NCBI GenBank assembly: GCA_004431415.1
Contig: QPMI01000416.1
Span: 558,001-622,000 of the forward strand
Direction of reading: 5' to 3'
Length of the DNA stretch: 64,000 nucleotides
Origin: Cyanophora paradoxa CCMP329
Lineage: Eukaryota > Plantae > Glaucophyta
The notes below the pieces were generated by a model. It had not been told where the DNA came from, made no database searches, and worked only from the letters and a program-made list of their open reading frames with translations. Positions 11,605-21,900 of this stretch are shown here, piece by piece; within the stretch, counting starts at the first letter, position 1; every line of letters starts with the position of its first letter. Both the position numbers and the translations under genes were made by a program.

Positions 11605-13655
11605 TTAATGCAGGCTAGAGCTCCAATTGCAAGGCCGGATCCGGAGCGACGCGCGCGTACCAGGGTCACCCTTTGCGTCGGCGCGTGCGCGTGTGCCCCT
11701 TGTATTGACGTTGGTGTCGCGTGCGCATGCAGAGTCGCCTTGGGACGCGACCTTGGTGAGCTTGGTCTTCTGATTGGGCTTCTTGCGATCCTTGGGCGTG
11801 CCGAGATAGAAGAGAGCGCCGTTCCACGCCCCCAAAGCGAGCATCGCTGCGCACAAATATTAATGCGAACAAACGCACTTCGGAATTGCAAATTGAGAGG
11901 TTGAAAATGCGTGCGCTCACACAAGAGGAACAGCAGATGCAAGTAGTAGAATCGGAAGAAGAGAAAGCCGGGAATGATGCAGAGAACTTCGCAATCGGCG
12001 AGTTTGTCGTCAGAACGAAATCAAATCGATCACGCGAAAAGCAATGTGGGCACGGATGGCGTACCAGTATAGGAGAACTGAATCGACATGAACGCCGTAT
12101 TCATTGCGCCGGCTCCCTTCGCCGCATGCGACAGGCACACGCGCCCAACGCGGGTCTGTGTGATTCTTCGGTAAGAGAGATACAGAACGGCTGGAGAGCT
12201 AGCGCTGGGGCGTTGGACGAACACGAGAGTCAAAGGCGTGCAGACGGAACGAGGTCATGATGCTCGGATCCCGCTCCAGCTTGGCCCTGTCCAGGACCTC
12301 GGTTTTCAGGAGGTAGAGGCCTTGCCAGGCGCAGTACACCGCCACCGGCAGGACGATTGCGGCTGCGCATGCGCCCCATCGTGTCAGCCCGCTGCAGCTG
12401 CCGCGCCCCGGCCCGGCCCGCCTCGAGATACGCTTAAATTCGAAACAAGTATTGTGCGCTTGGCTCCGTGCACCATGGAAAGAGAGCCAGCCGCCATCAC
12501 CTGCGGCGCTCTCCACCGCAAAGCCGGCAGGCGTGAACCAGCGGAGGCAGAAAGTCACTACACACGGCGTATTTCAGGCGATCGTAAAACCAAATGCAAG
12601 CTACGGCGGAAAGGGCGGGGGCGGAGCGAACCGAGCGGTGGGAAAGCGTGAACGAATAGTGTCGTCATCTTCTCGATGTCGTGGAAAACGAGCGAATTCC
12701 TGCACCTTCGCAAAGGGTCAGCTTTTCGTTCACGAATTCGCACTAAATTGTATAAAGATCAGAAACTTCGCACGATGGAATCGCGATCGCCAGCGGACCA
12801 TTGATGCAGACGAAAAGGGTCTGCAGCTACTATTACAGGGGCCGGATCATCGATTATACTTGAGGAGTGGGGCTTACCTGAAAAAGCAGCGGGCTGCGGG
12901 GCATGCAGTAGATATTGAACAGCAAGAGAGCTTGTATAAAGTAGCAATAATCCTGCATATCGCATCATGATCAGACCTCACTTCGACCACGAGTGATTGG
13001 ACGAAATTCGAAGCCGGCCGCGGCGCACGATCAGAAAATAAAGCCCTGCACGACAGATGCAGAATCAGTAAAGTTGATTCGATGAGAGAACATCGTGCAA
13101 ACAGAAACGCAGAAACGCACATTGCCGCGAACGGTAATCAATGAATCGCATCGTCATCAACTGCAGGCGAGGAAAAAGAGGAGGATAGGGAAGCCGAGAA
13201 GATATTAGCATTAGCCGCGGGATATCAATATATCTATATATATTAATTCCGGAAATGTTGCGCACGACGCCGAACGAGACAGTGAACCACCGGAAGAAGC
13301 TGGAGGTCTCATGCACCAGGATGAACTCGGATAGGCAGACGAAGACGACGCCCGCCAGGAATCTGAAGGGAGCCTGGGCGTGTCCGCCGTTGCCGCTCTT
13401 TGAGCTCTTCGCGCGTGCGTGCGCGGCCCACTGTTGCTGCGCGCGAAAATAAATGTGACGATCAGGCTCGATGCTTCGCGCGCGCCCACGCGGTCGTACC
13501 CTCTCGACCAGTTGCAGGCCTAAGTGTGTGTGTGCGTGCGCGTCCGCGTGCTGCAAATGTGGCGCACGGCATGATATCGCGATCGATCCGGATCCACGAT
13601 CGCGGGCGCCTTTCGAATTCCCCTCGAGCTCGGCCCTCCTGTCCTCCGCCTGCAT
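11605..13655 (-). CDS. GPC1: Glycerophosphocholine acyltransferase (GPC1/DUF2838), copy 2
   Basis: Same exon structure and motifs as copy 1. An indel changes the reading frame of the C-terminal tail. Confidence 0.8.
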
Positions 13656-15559
13656 GCGCGAAAGCTTAAGTCCGCTTGAGCTACGTATACACATCCTCTA
13701 CTAATTATAAATAGTGTATATATATATAGTCAGCGGAGTCGGACCGGTGCCGGGAAAGGCGCATGCGCATGCTTGGGTGCGCGGATCGCGATAGATTTCG
13801 GGGTTGGGCCGGTAAATGCGCTGCTCGCACATAAACCCGATCAGCAACGACGTTAACGTTGCCACCGATAACAAAAACAAAAAGTAACGCGGACCGAATT
13901 CTCGCATCATGCACCGCCGAATTCGAATGATCAGGGTCAAGCAGATTATCGCGCAATGGCTTGACAGCCTTGAACGACGACACGGGAAGGCTCGGGGCCA
14001 TGATTAGTCGAGAATCTTGTGCAGCTGGGTACTACGGTAACTTGTTCCCAGACGAGTACTAGTGAGCGCGCGCGCGCAAGATTGCTAATCGAATCGAAAC
14101 CAGAGGCTGTCACAATGTGCTCACTCGCGGCGAGAAGCTTAAGGCGGGCCGCCGGGCCGGGCCCCAAGCTGCAGGGCTGTAGGACCTTTAGGCTGCAGCT
14201 GGCTATCAGCGATGTTGTACCAGCGACCGAGGCACTGAGTCAGTGAGCCTCCTTTCGTCGGCCGGGCAGCGGCAGCGGTCGGCGCGCGGCTGCGGGCCTC
14301 TAGATCTGCAGCTGCAGCTGTCACAGTACTACTAGGCTAGTGCACGTGTGGGGATGCGGCGCTGCGCGCGGCTGCGCGAATACTACGTCGTACACTTATA
14401 TAAACTAGTACTAGTATACTACTAGCCTAGTAGGCTACTAGTAGTGGACCTTACTAGTGGTATACGTAGGCCCAACGGGTGGCAGGCTGGCAGCTGGCAG
14501 CTGCAGGCTGCAGCCTGCACTGGCCCTGCAGGCTGCAGCGGCCCCAACTCAGTGTGACTTGGCCAAGGCCTAGGACCCCAGCCGCCCAGCGGTGGCAGGC
14601 TGCCAGCGGCCCAGCCTCTATCAATATATATATATCCCGGGATTCCCGGCCCGCCGGCCGCGGCCGGGCCCGGCGGGTCCCGAGTCCCGACTCCCGAGTC
14701 CCGACCGTCGGACTCCCGAGTCCCGACTCCCGACTCGGCGAGTCCCGAGAGGGCGGCCCGGGCCGGCGGCCGCGGGAGCCTACCACTGCCTACCAGTATA
14801 TACGTATACGCCGCTACTAGCCTAGTAGGCTACTATACGGTCTATACGCGTACGTATACCGGTACTACGGTAGGCGGCGCCGGCGGTAGCTATAGCGCTA
14901 GTCACAGTAGTGTCGAGTCACTGAGTCACTGTCGACTCACTGTCGAGTCACTGTCGACCGTCGGACAATGCCTTTCATCGATAAATTGATCATGAATCGT
15001 TGCATTTTTTTGCTTGCTACAAGTTCGGCTAGGCTACTAGTAGCTACTTTGCAAACGTGACTCACGAGAACGTTCGAGCCTCGAGCTCGAAAGTCGAGAG
15101 TGGGCTGCGGACTCACCGTTGAACTCCGGATCCGCGGAGCCGGCGCGGAGGCTCGGATCGACTCCTGGGAGCCTTAAGGCCTTGGAGCGAAACTCGGATC
15201 GACTCCTGGGAGCGAACTCCTGCATGCGCAAAGCTCCACACTGTGAGTCTGTGTCGACTCTGTGACAAGCCATACGTGGAATCGTCGTACCGTTACTACC
15301 GTAGTACGCGCGCGTGGATCAGCTTGATCAATGATCAGCCTGCCGGAGACCCGCGGATCCGGAGGCGCCGGCGGCCGACCCGGGCCCCGGACTCCGGGCC
15401 GGGGCCCGGGGCCCGGGAGCCCCGGGAGGGCCGGAGCCTGCCGCAGTGCCGGAGCCTCGGAGGCTGCCGCGCGCAGTGCCGCACTACCGTAGTACCACTA
15501 GTACGCGGCACTACAGTACTGCCGCACTAGCCTAGTAGTACTATAGTAGTAGTCTAGTA

Positions 15560-15770
15560 CTGTAGGAATGCTTAAATTGCCGCGTAGTTAAATTGCCGAA
15601 TTCGACCAAAACCGGAATTGCCGTGGCGAGAAATTGCCGAAACTCTGGATTTCGTCTATGGCACCAGAGAGCCCTACCCCCTGAGAATTGCCGTGGCACA
15701 AAATTGCCGAATTCGGCCTCTCGGCAATTTACGGCAATTTAAAACATCGGCTAAAAAAGCAATCCTACAG
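15560..15770. mobile_element. MITE, TA-flanked, with subterminal repeats
   Basis: TIR CTGTAGGAATGCTT / AAGCAATCCTACAG (13/14). AATTGCCG occurs six times forward and CGGCAATTT twice near the right end. Confidence 0.82.
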
Positions 15771-16715
15771 TACTAGTACTGCGGCACTGCGGCACTGCGG
15801 CCGCCCGCGGCCGGGCAGACCGGTCACCGGGGCACTGCGGCAGTGCCACACTGCAGTGGCAGTGCAGTACTAGACTACTACTAGTGCGCAATGCGCATCA
15901 TGGCATGCGAGCTGCAGCCTGCAGGGCGCCGGCGCCGGCGGTCCGGCGGCGGACTCCCGGAGCTCCGCCGGGGCCCGGCCCGGCCCGGCCCGCCCGGGCC
16001 GATCAGCCTGGCAGGTTGCAACTTGCAACTTGCAAGCCTTGAAGAGGCCGGGCTCCGAGCTCGAGGAGCCGCGGCGCCGGGGCGCCGCGACGTAATATTC
16101 AAGACCCCAAAATAGTTTAGTAATTCCAATTGCAAGGTTCGGCCGGTTTAAAATTTAGTAGGCTGAAAATAATATCAAGAGTTGGCCGCGCCGCCCGCGC
16201 GGCGCCGGCCGCGGAGCGCTTTAATTTAGTAGCGGCCTTTAGCATGGGGTGGGCGCGGGGCGCGCGATTCGGTCGGCGATCGCGAGGAGGGCAGGACTCA
16301 GGAGCAACCCTGCGCGCTTTTGCGCTCTCTTCGGCGGCATGCTTCTCCCGCGCTGCAACTTCGGCTGCGCGGGCTACGTACCCCCCCCACCCCGACCTCG
16401 GGTTTAGTATACGATAAAAGTTAACCTTTTGTAATACCAGCCTTATTACCAGTCGTCCGAGACTCGAGAGTCGAGAGTCGAGAGTCGAGCCAATGAGTTT
16501 GCCTTGAGGCTCCAAGGAGGGCCGACGGCTAGCAGCGCACATGTCAGGCTATTCCAACGTTCCGAACTTGGAGTTCAGCTGCAGAATCAGTGCAGATATC
16601 GCTCCCGCGGCCGAGGTTCATCCAGTCTTACCGAAGTCTCTCTCTCGTTCTCAGAGTCACTCTCACACACACACACCTTCTCTCTCCCCACGTTCAAGTT
16701 CGCCTCACCACCATC

Positions 16716-17746
16716 ATGTCGGACTCTGCCCTCCTCGACCTCGTCAACACCGTCGCGGACGGCGGGTGCGCACCTCCCCTTCTCGCCGAGTCGCCGGCCG
16801 CTGCGCCGTTAACGTTACAAATATATATATATATAAAGCTCGCGCGCAAAGCCGTGCGATCCTTGAGCTCATGATCACGCTTTGCTTGTGGCTCGCGCAG
16901 CCCGTCCTACACCGCCGTTCCCGCCGACAAGGTCGCCGAGATCGGCAGCGAGTCGTTCCTCCCCGGCTGGCGCGTCGAGACGATCCCCACGGCCAGCGCC
17001 ACCCTGCAGCAGATCGTGAAGGTGCGGGCGCGAGCGCCGCTGCATGCGCACGCATAAATATGCGTCCGCCCCGCCCCATCTCGGCCTCGCTGACTTCGGT
17101 TCGCGCCCCGCGCGCCGCCCCGCGCAGACGTTCAAGTTCGAGGACTTCCGCCACGCGCTGGACTTTGCCGGCGACCTCGCTGACGACTGCGACGCGGCGG
17201 CGCACCACCCCGCCGAGATCGACATCGCCTACAACAAGGCCCGCCCCGCCCCGCCCCCGCCGCCGGCCGCAGCTGAACGCGGATCCGAGCGAATTTAAAT
17301 ATATTTTTTCAAAGCGGCACGGCTAACGCGGCGGGGGCGCAGGTGGCGGTCGCCCTGTCGACCTACGACTGCGGGTGCATCTCCAACAAGGACGTCTCCC
17401 TCGCCTCGGTCCGCCCCGCCCCGCCCCGCGCGCCCGTGATCATGACCGCCCGCTCGAGCTCCTGGCGTGACGTCAATTGTAACGCGGGGCGGCAGGTGGT
17501 GGACGCGACGGCAAAGGCGCTCAAGGGAACCGAGTACAAGGACCTCGCGCAGCTCGACGAGGAGATCGCCATGCTCGAGGCCGACATCGAGGTGCGAACG
17601 AAGCCCCGCCGGGCCCGGGCGCCGCGCGCGGGCTGAATGTATTCCGTTTCATGCCGAGTTCTGACCCGCCCTTCGTTCGCGCGCAGTTCGAGAGCCTGGA
17701 CGAGGCACCCGAGGCTGCGTTCGAGATCGAGTTCGCGGACTGCTAG
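16716..17746 (+). CDS. Pterin-4-alpha-carbinolamine dehydratase (PCD/DCoH/PhhB)-family protein with acidic C-terminal extension, 6 exons
   Basis: Spliced: ...LPGWRV...KTFKFEDFRHALDFAGDLADDCDAAAHHPAEIDIAYNKVAVALSTYDCGCISNKDVSLASVVD...; stop TAG at 17744-17746. Confidence 0.85.
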
Positions 17747-18039
17747 ATATCGATGCATATGGGCGAGGCGCCCGAGATCTAGCCCATGATCAGAAATGAT
17801 TCGCTGTGTTAGTCATGGCTTATCTCATAGTCGATCACTTTCTGCAAGTTTCGGCCCGTGCGACGGGCCTGCAGCTGCCGCAGCGCGCTAGATATAATGA
17901 ATCTTGTATTGTAATTTATAAACTTGAACTTCGGAAACACAATTGAGGAATCGATTTCATGTGAAGAATCAGATGGTCGATCCATATATATTAATGGGCC
18001 AATGCTATGATCATGATATGATGTATGATACCGGTCCAA

Positions 18040-18890
18040 GCGGCCGCCGGCGTTCCTGCTCGCCCGCCCGCCGCGGCGCCGCAGGAAGCGGCCCGAGCGG
18101 CCGCCTGCGTTCCCGCCCCGCTCGCCCGCCCGCGGCCCCCTTGGCCCGGCCCCGCCCGCCGCGGCGCCGCAGGAAGCGGCCCGAGCGGCCGCCTGCGTTC
18201 CCGCCCCGCTCGCCCGCCCGCGGCCCCCTTGGCCCGGCCTCGCCCGCCGCGGCGCCGCAGGAAGCGGCCCGAGCGGCCGCCTGCGTTCCCGCCCCGCTCG
18301 CCCGCCCGCGGCCCCCTTGGCCCGGCCTCGCCCGCCGCGGCGCCGCAGGAAGCGGCCCGAGCGGCCGCCTGCGTTCCCGCCCGCTCGCCCGCCCGCGCCC
18401 CCTTGGCCCGGCCTCGCCCGCCGCGGCGCCGCAGGAAGCGGCCCGAGCGGCCGCCTGCGTTCCCGCCCCGCTCGCCCGCCCGCGGCCCCTTGGCCCGGCC
18501 TCGCCCGCCGCGGCGCCGCAGGAAGCGGCCCGAGCGGCCGCCTGCGTTCCCGCCCCGCTCGCCCGCCCGCGGCCCCCTTGGCCCGGCCCCGCCCGCCGCG
18601 GCGCCGCAGGAAGCGGCTCGAGCGGCCGCCGGCGTTCCCGCCCGCTCGCCCGCACGCCGCCCCCTTCGCCCGGCCCCGCCCGCCGCGGCGCCGCAGGACG
18701 CGGCCCGAGCGGCCGCCGGCGTTCCGGTCCCGCCCCGGGCCCGCCCCGCCCGCCGCGGCGCTTCAGGATCCGGACGCGGCCCCCGCGGCCGCTGGCTTTC
18801 CGGCCCCGCTCGCCGAGTCGCCCCGCGCGCCCGCCGCCCCGGCCCCTTCGCCCGGCCCTGCAGCTGCCTTCCGCGGCCCCGCAGGACATG
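18040..18890. repeat. GC-rich minisatellite, about 88-bp unit, 8-9 copies
   Basis: GCAGGAAGCGG recurs at 18081, 18169, 18257, 18345, 18431, 18518 and 18606, degenerating to the right. Confidence 0.95.
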
Positions 18891-18969
18891 AACACGGCCC
18901 CGCGGTTCCCGGCGCTCCGCCCCCTTCGCCGAATTCGCGAAATATTTAATTGCCAAATCATATTATAAA

Positions 18970-21900
18970 TCAAACGGCCGCGAACGTCTCTGCATTCGCG
19001 TCGGCGTAACCATACACAGTGGCCAAATCCGCGACAAAGACGAGGTCCTGTAAGAAACCAAGATCAGAATACATTGGTTTAGTACGCCGAATCGCCTAAT
19101 TATAAGTTTGCTTAGGGCGACAGCCGCGGGGCCGGGCGCCGTACCACGCCTTCGTCGTCGAGCTCGAGCTCGTCGGCTCCCGCCCCGTCCTCCTCCGGAT
19201 CCGAACGCGCACCCGCCGAGCACTGCTCCAGGGCGGCATCGAGGGACTGCAGCTGCAGCTGTACCCCCCGTCCAGCGACGACGTCAGCCGCAGCTCGCCG
19301 AGTCGAGGAAATAGGCGAGCGAAAACGGCAAATATGTCTTTGGCGAAGAGGGGGGGGGGGGCCTAGGCCTTGAGCTCGCACCTGGACGTTCTGTGACGAC
19401 AGGAAGCCCTGGATCCTCTCGAGCAGCCCGCACGGTAGCTCGCGCGCGGGCCCGGGCTCACCTGAGCCCTCGCCTCCGTCGCCGGCCGAGGCCGAGGCCG
19501 AGGCGGCGGGCGAGGCCGAGGCGGCCAGCTGCAGGTCCAGAGACGCGAGGAGACCGTTCGCCTGCGATCAAATTCGAATCAATTTTGATGGGGCGTGTGC
19601 GCATGGTACCCTGGCCTGCGGACCTGAAGCACTTCGTCGCGAACGGCAATGGACTGCGCGCCGGTCGCCGCGGGGTCCTGCGCCCGTGATCGTCCTCGAT
19701 CGGCTCGAGGGCCGGGCGGCGCGCGCGCGGCGCCGCGGGGCCGGGGGTATCTGGAGGCACGGACCGCCGCCGGCTCGAAGAGGGTACAGGCGAAGCGCTC
19801 GACCTCGGGATCCGTCGCGGCGATGCTGCGGACGGGATGGGGCGGCGGCGGCCGTCAGATGCGGCTCAGAGAAAGCGGCGCCGGCGCGCGGGGCCGGGCC
19901 GGGCCGGGCCGGGCATGGGGCCTTCGGATCTAAGTTCGGGCTGGCCATAGGCGCCGACGCCGGCGCCGGCGGGGCCGGGCCGGGCCGGGCTAGCCACGGC
20001 CATAAGGCTTCGGATCTCTTTAGTTTTCGGAATTCCGCACGCACCGGACGGCGAGTCGGGCGAGCACTTCGTCGTGCCCTGCGAGGGCCCCGAGGACCTT
20101 GTCGGCCGCCCCGCCCGTCGCCGCGTCCAGCCCCGCGCGGGCCGCCTCCGCGTCCCGCCAGAGGGCACGCGCCTCGGACCGCTGCAAAGTCATATGCGTC
20201 GAAGTCAGCGAGTGGAGCTTAAGCTTCTTAAGCTTTCTGAGCCGATTCTTCGCTTAGGCTTAAGCGAGCTTCGAATTCATTTTAAGCTTCTTAAGCTTCT
20301 GAGCATCGAAGTCAGCGAGCTGAAGCTTAAGCTTCTTAAGCTTTCCGATCCGATTCTTCGCTTAGGCTTAAGCGAGCTTCGAATTCATTTTAAGCTTCTT
20401 AAGCTTCTGAGCATCGAAGTCAGCGAGCTGAAGCTTAAGCCTCTTAAGCTTTCTGAGCCGATTTTTCGCTTAGGCTTAAGCGAGCTTCGAATTCAGTTTA
20501 AGCTTCTTAAGCTTCTGAGCATCGAAGTCAGCGAGCTGAAGCTTGAGCCTCTTAAGCTTTCTGAGCCGATTTTTCGCTTAGGCTTAAGCGAGCTTCGAAT
20601 TCAGTTTAAGCTTCTTAAGCTTCTGAGCATCGAAGTCAGCGAGCTGAAGCTTGAGCCTCTTAAGCTTTCTGAGCCGAGCCGCCGCGGCGCCGCCCGCCCC
20701 CCCCCCCCCCCCCCCCTTCCCCCCCCCCCCCCCCCCCCTTCCCCCCCACCCCGAATCTTTGCACCTCGTTCATGGCGGCGATGAGGTCGTCTTTGGCGGC
20801 CTCGATGTACTGCGGCCGAAATTTCAGTGAACGGATCAGCGGCCGCGGCCGGGGCGGGACGCGGCCCCGCCGGCGCCGGCGGCCGAGGACGGCGCCGCGA
20901 ACCTCATCGCTCAGCGGCGGGTTTGGTGGGACGATCAGCTCCCCCCGCAGCTGGGCGAGCCGGGCCGCGCACTGGTCCGGCGCCCACGCGCCGCGCGCCG
21001 AGCCCTCCAGGGCCGCCCGGAGGGCGTCCAGGGCGCCCGGGGCGAGCGCGGCGGTCGGGCCCTCCGCCCCGCCGTCCGCCGCCGTGAGCACGAGGGGCTG
21101 CCCCGGCGTCAAATAAGATGGAAGGCAGCGCGGAGGGGTCGGGTGGATCCGGGATCGGACCGCATCGGGGCCGGCCGCGTCACAGGCGGAGACGATGGGG
21201 CCGAGGGCCGAGCGGGCCGCGTCGACGCGGGCCGCGTCTTCCGCGTCCGCACCTCCGGCGCCCGAGCCGATCACCAGGTCGCGGTAGTGGGACAGGAGGC
21301 GGTCCGCGAGCGCCGCGTCCCCGCAGCGAAGGGCGCCAGAGGCGCCCTCGGCGGAGAGGTCCGCCTCGAGCGCCCGAAATTTCACGGAGAGCTCGAGCGC
21401 TTGCACTTCCTGTTTCGAATTTGAATTTTCGAATTTGAATTCGAAATCGAGGCGCATGCACCTCCCGCGTGATTTCTTCGAGGTCCGCCATCGCCTCGGG
21501 TACGCGCTGCGCGCGGGCCGGGTACGGTAAGCTCCAAGGCCGGGGGGCGGGGGGGGGGGGGGGGGGCACTTCGTTCTCGAGCCAGAAGGCCGGCATCCCG
21601 GCCTCGAGCCAGTACGATTCGGCGTACTTGCAGCCGTAGTCGCGGTAGGTGCCGTCCAGTGCGATAGCCCTACGTGAAGAAAGATTCGACTCACTTTAGC
21701 AAGGAAAGGACGATTTCTTCAAATTTATATAGAGGGGCGATCGAATAGAAGAATCGGCTTGTATCAGCAATGATCATGAGGCTCGTTCAATCTGCCTTTT
21801 GAGGCGGCCCCGGGGCGGTCTATTTTCACCGAAACGCGTAGGCGTTGGATCTGAGCTAGGACGTCCCGGCCCGGCGGAGTCCCGGCTCGAGATAGATCGA

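Larger units (their letters stand above)
4325..14025. repeat. Tandem segmental duplication (about 4325-7725 vs 10627-14025, offset about 6.3 kb)
   Basis: 3' flanks and central exons of the two GPC1 genes are near-identical; 5' ends are more diverged. Confidence 0.93.

Noticed and set aside
14430-15540. Intact CACTA element as the source of the footprints
   Set aside because: CACTA/TAGTG words occur, but no paired TIR with a 3-bp TSD or transposase was found. The source element is not visible in this window.
17943-18973. Several 200-340 aa ORFs, and a possible CRISPR array
   Set aside because: Stop-free GC minisatellite open in most frames; the units are contiguous with no unique spacers, and the context is eukaryotic.
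20074-20784. 236-aa Leu/Lys repeat ORF resembling an LRR protein
   Set aside because: It is the 108-bp array read antisense within an intron of the minus-strand gene.
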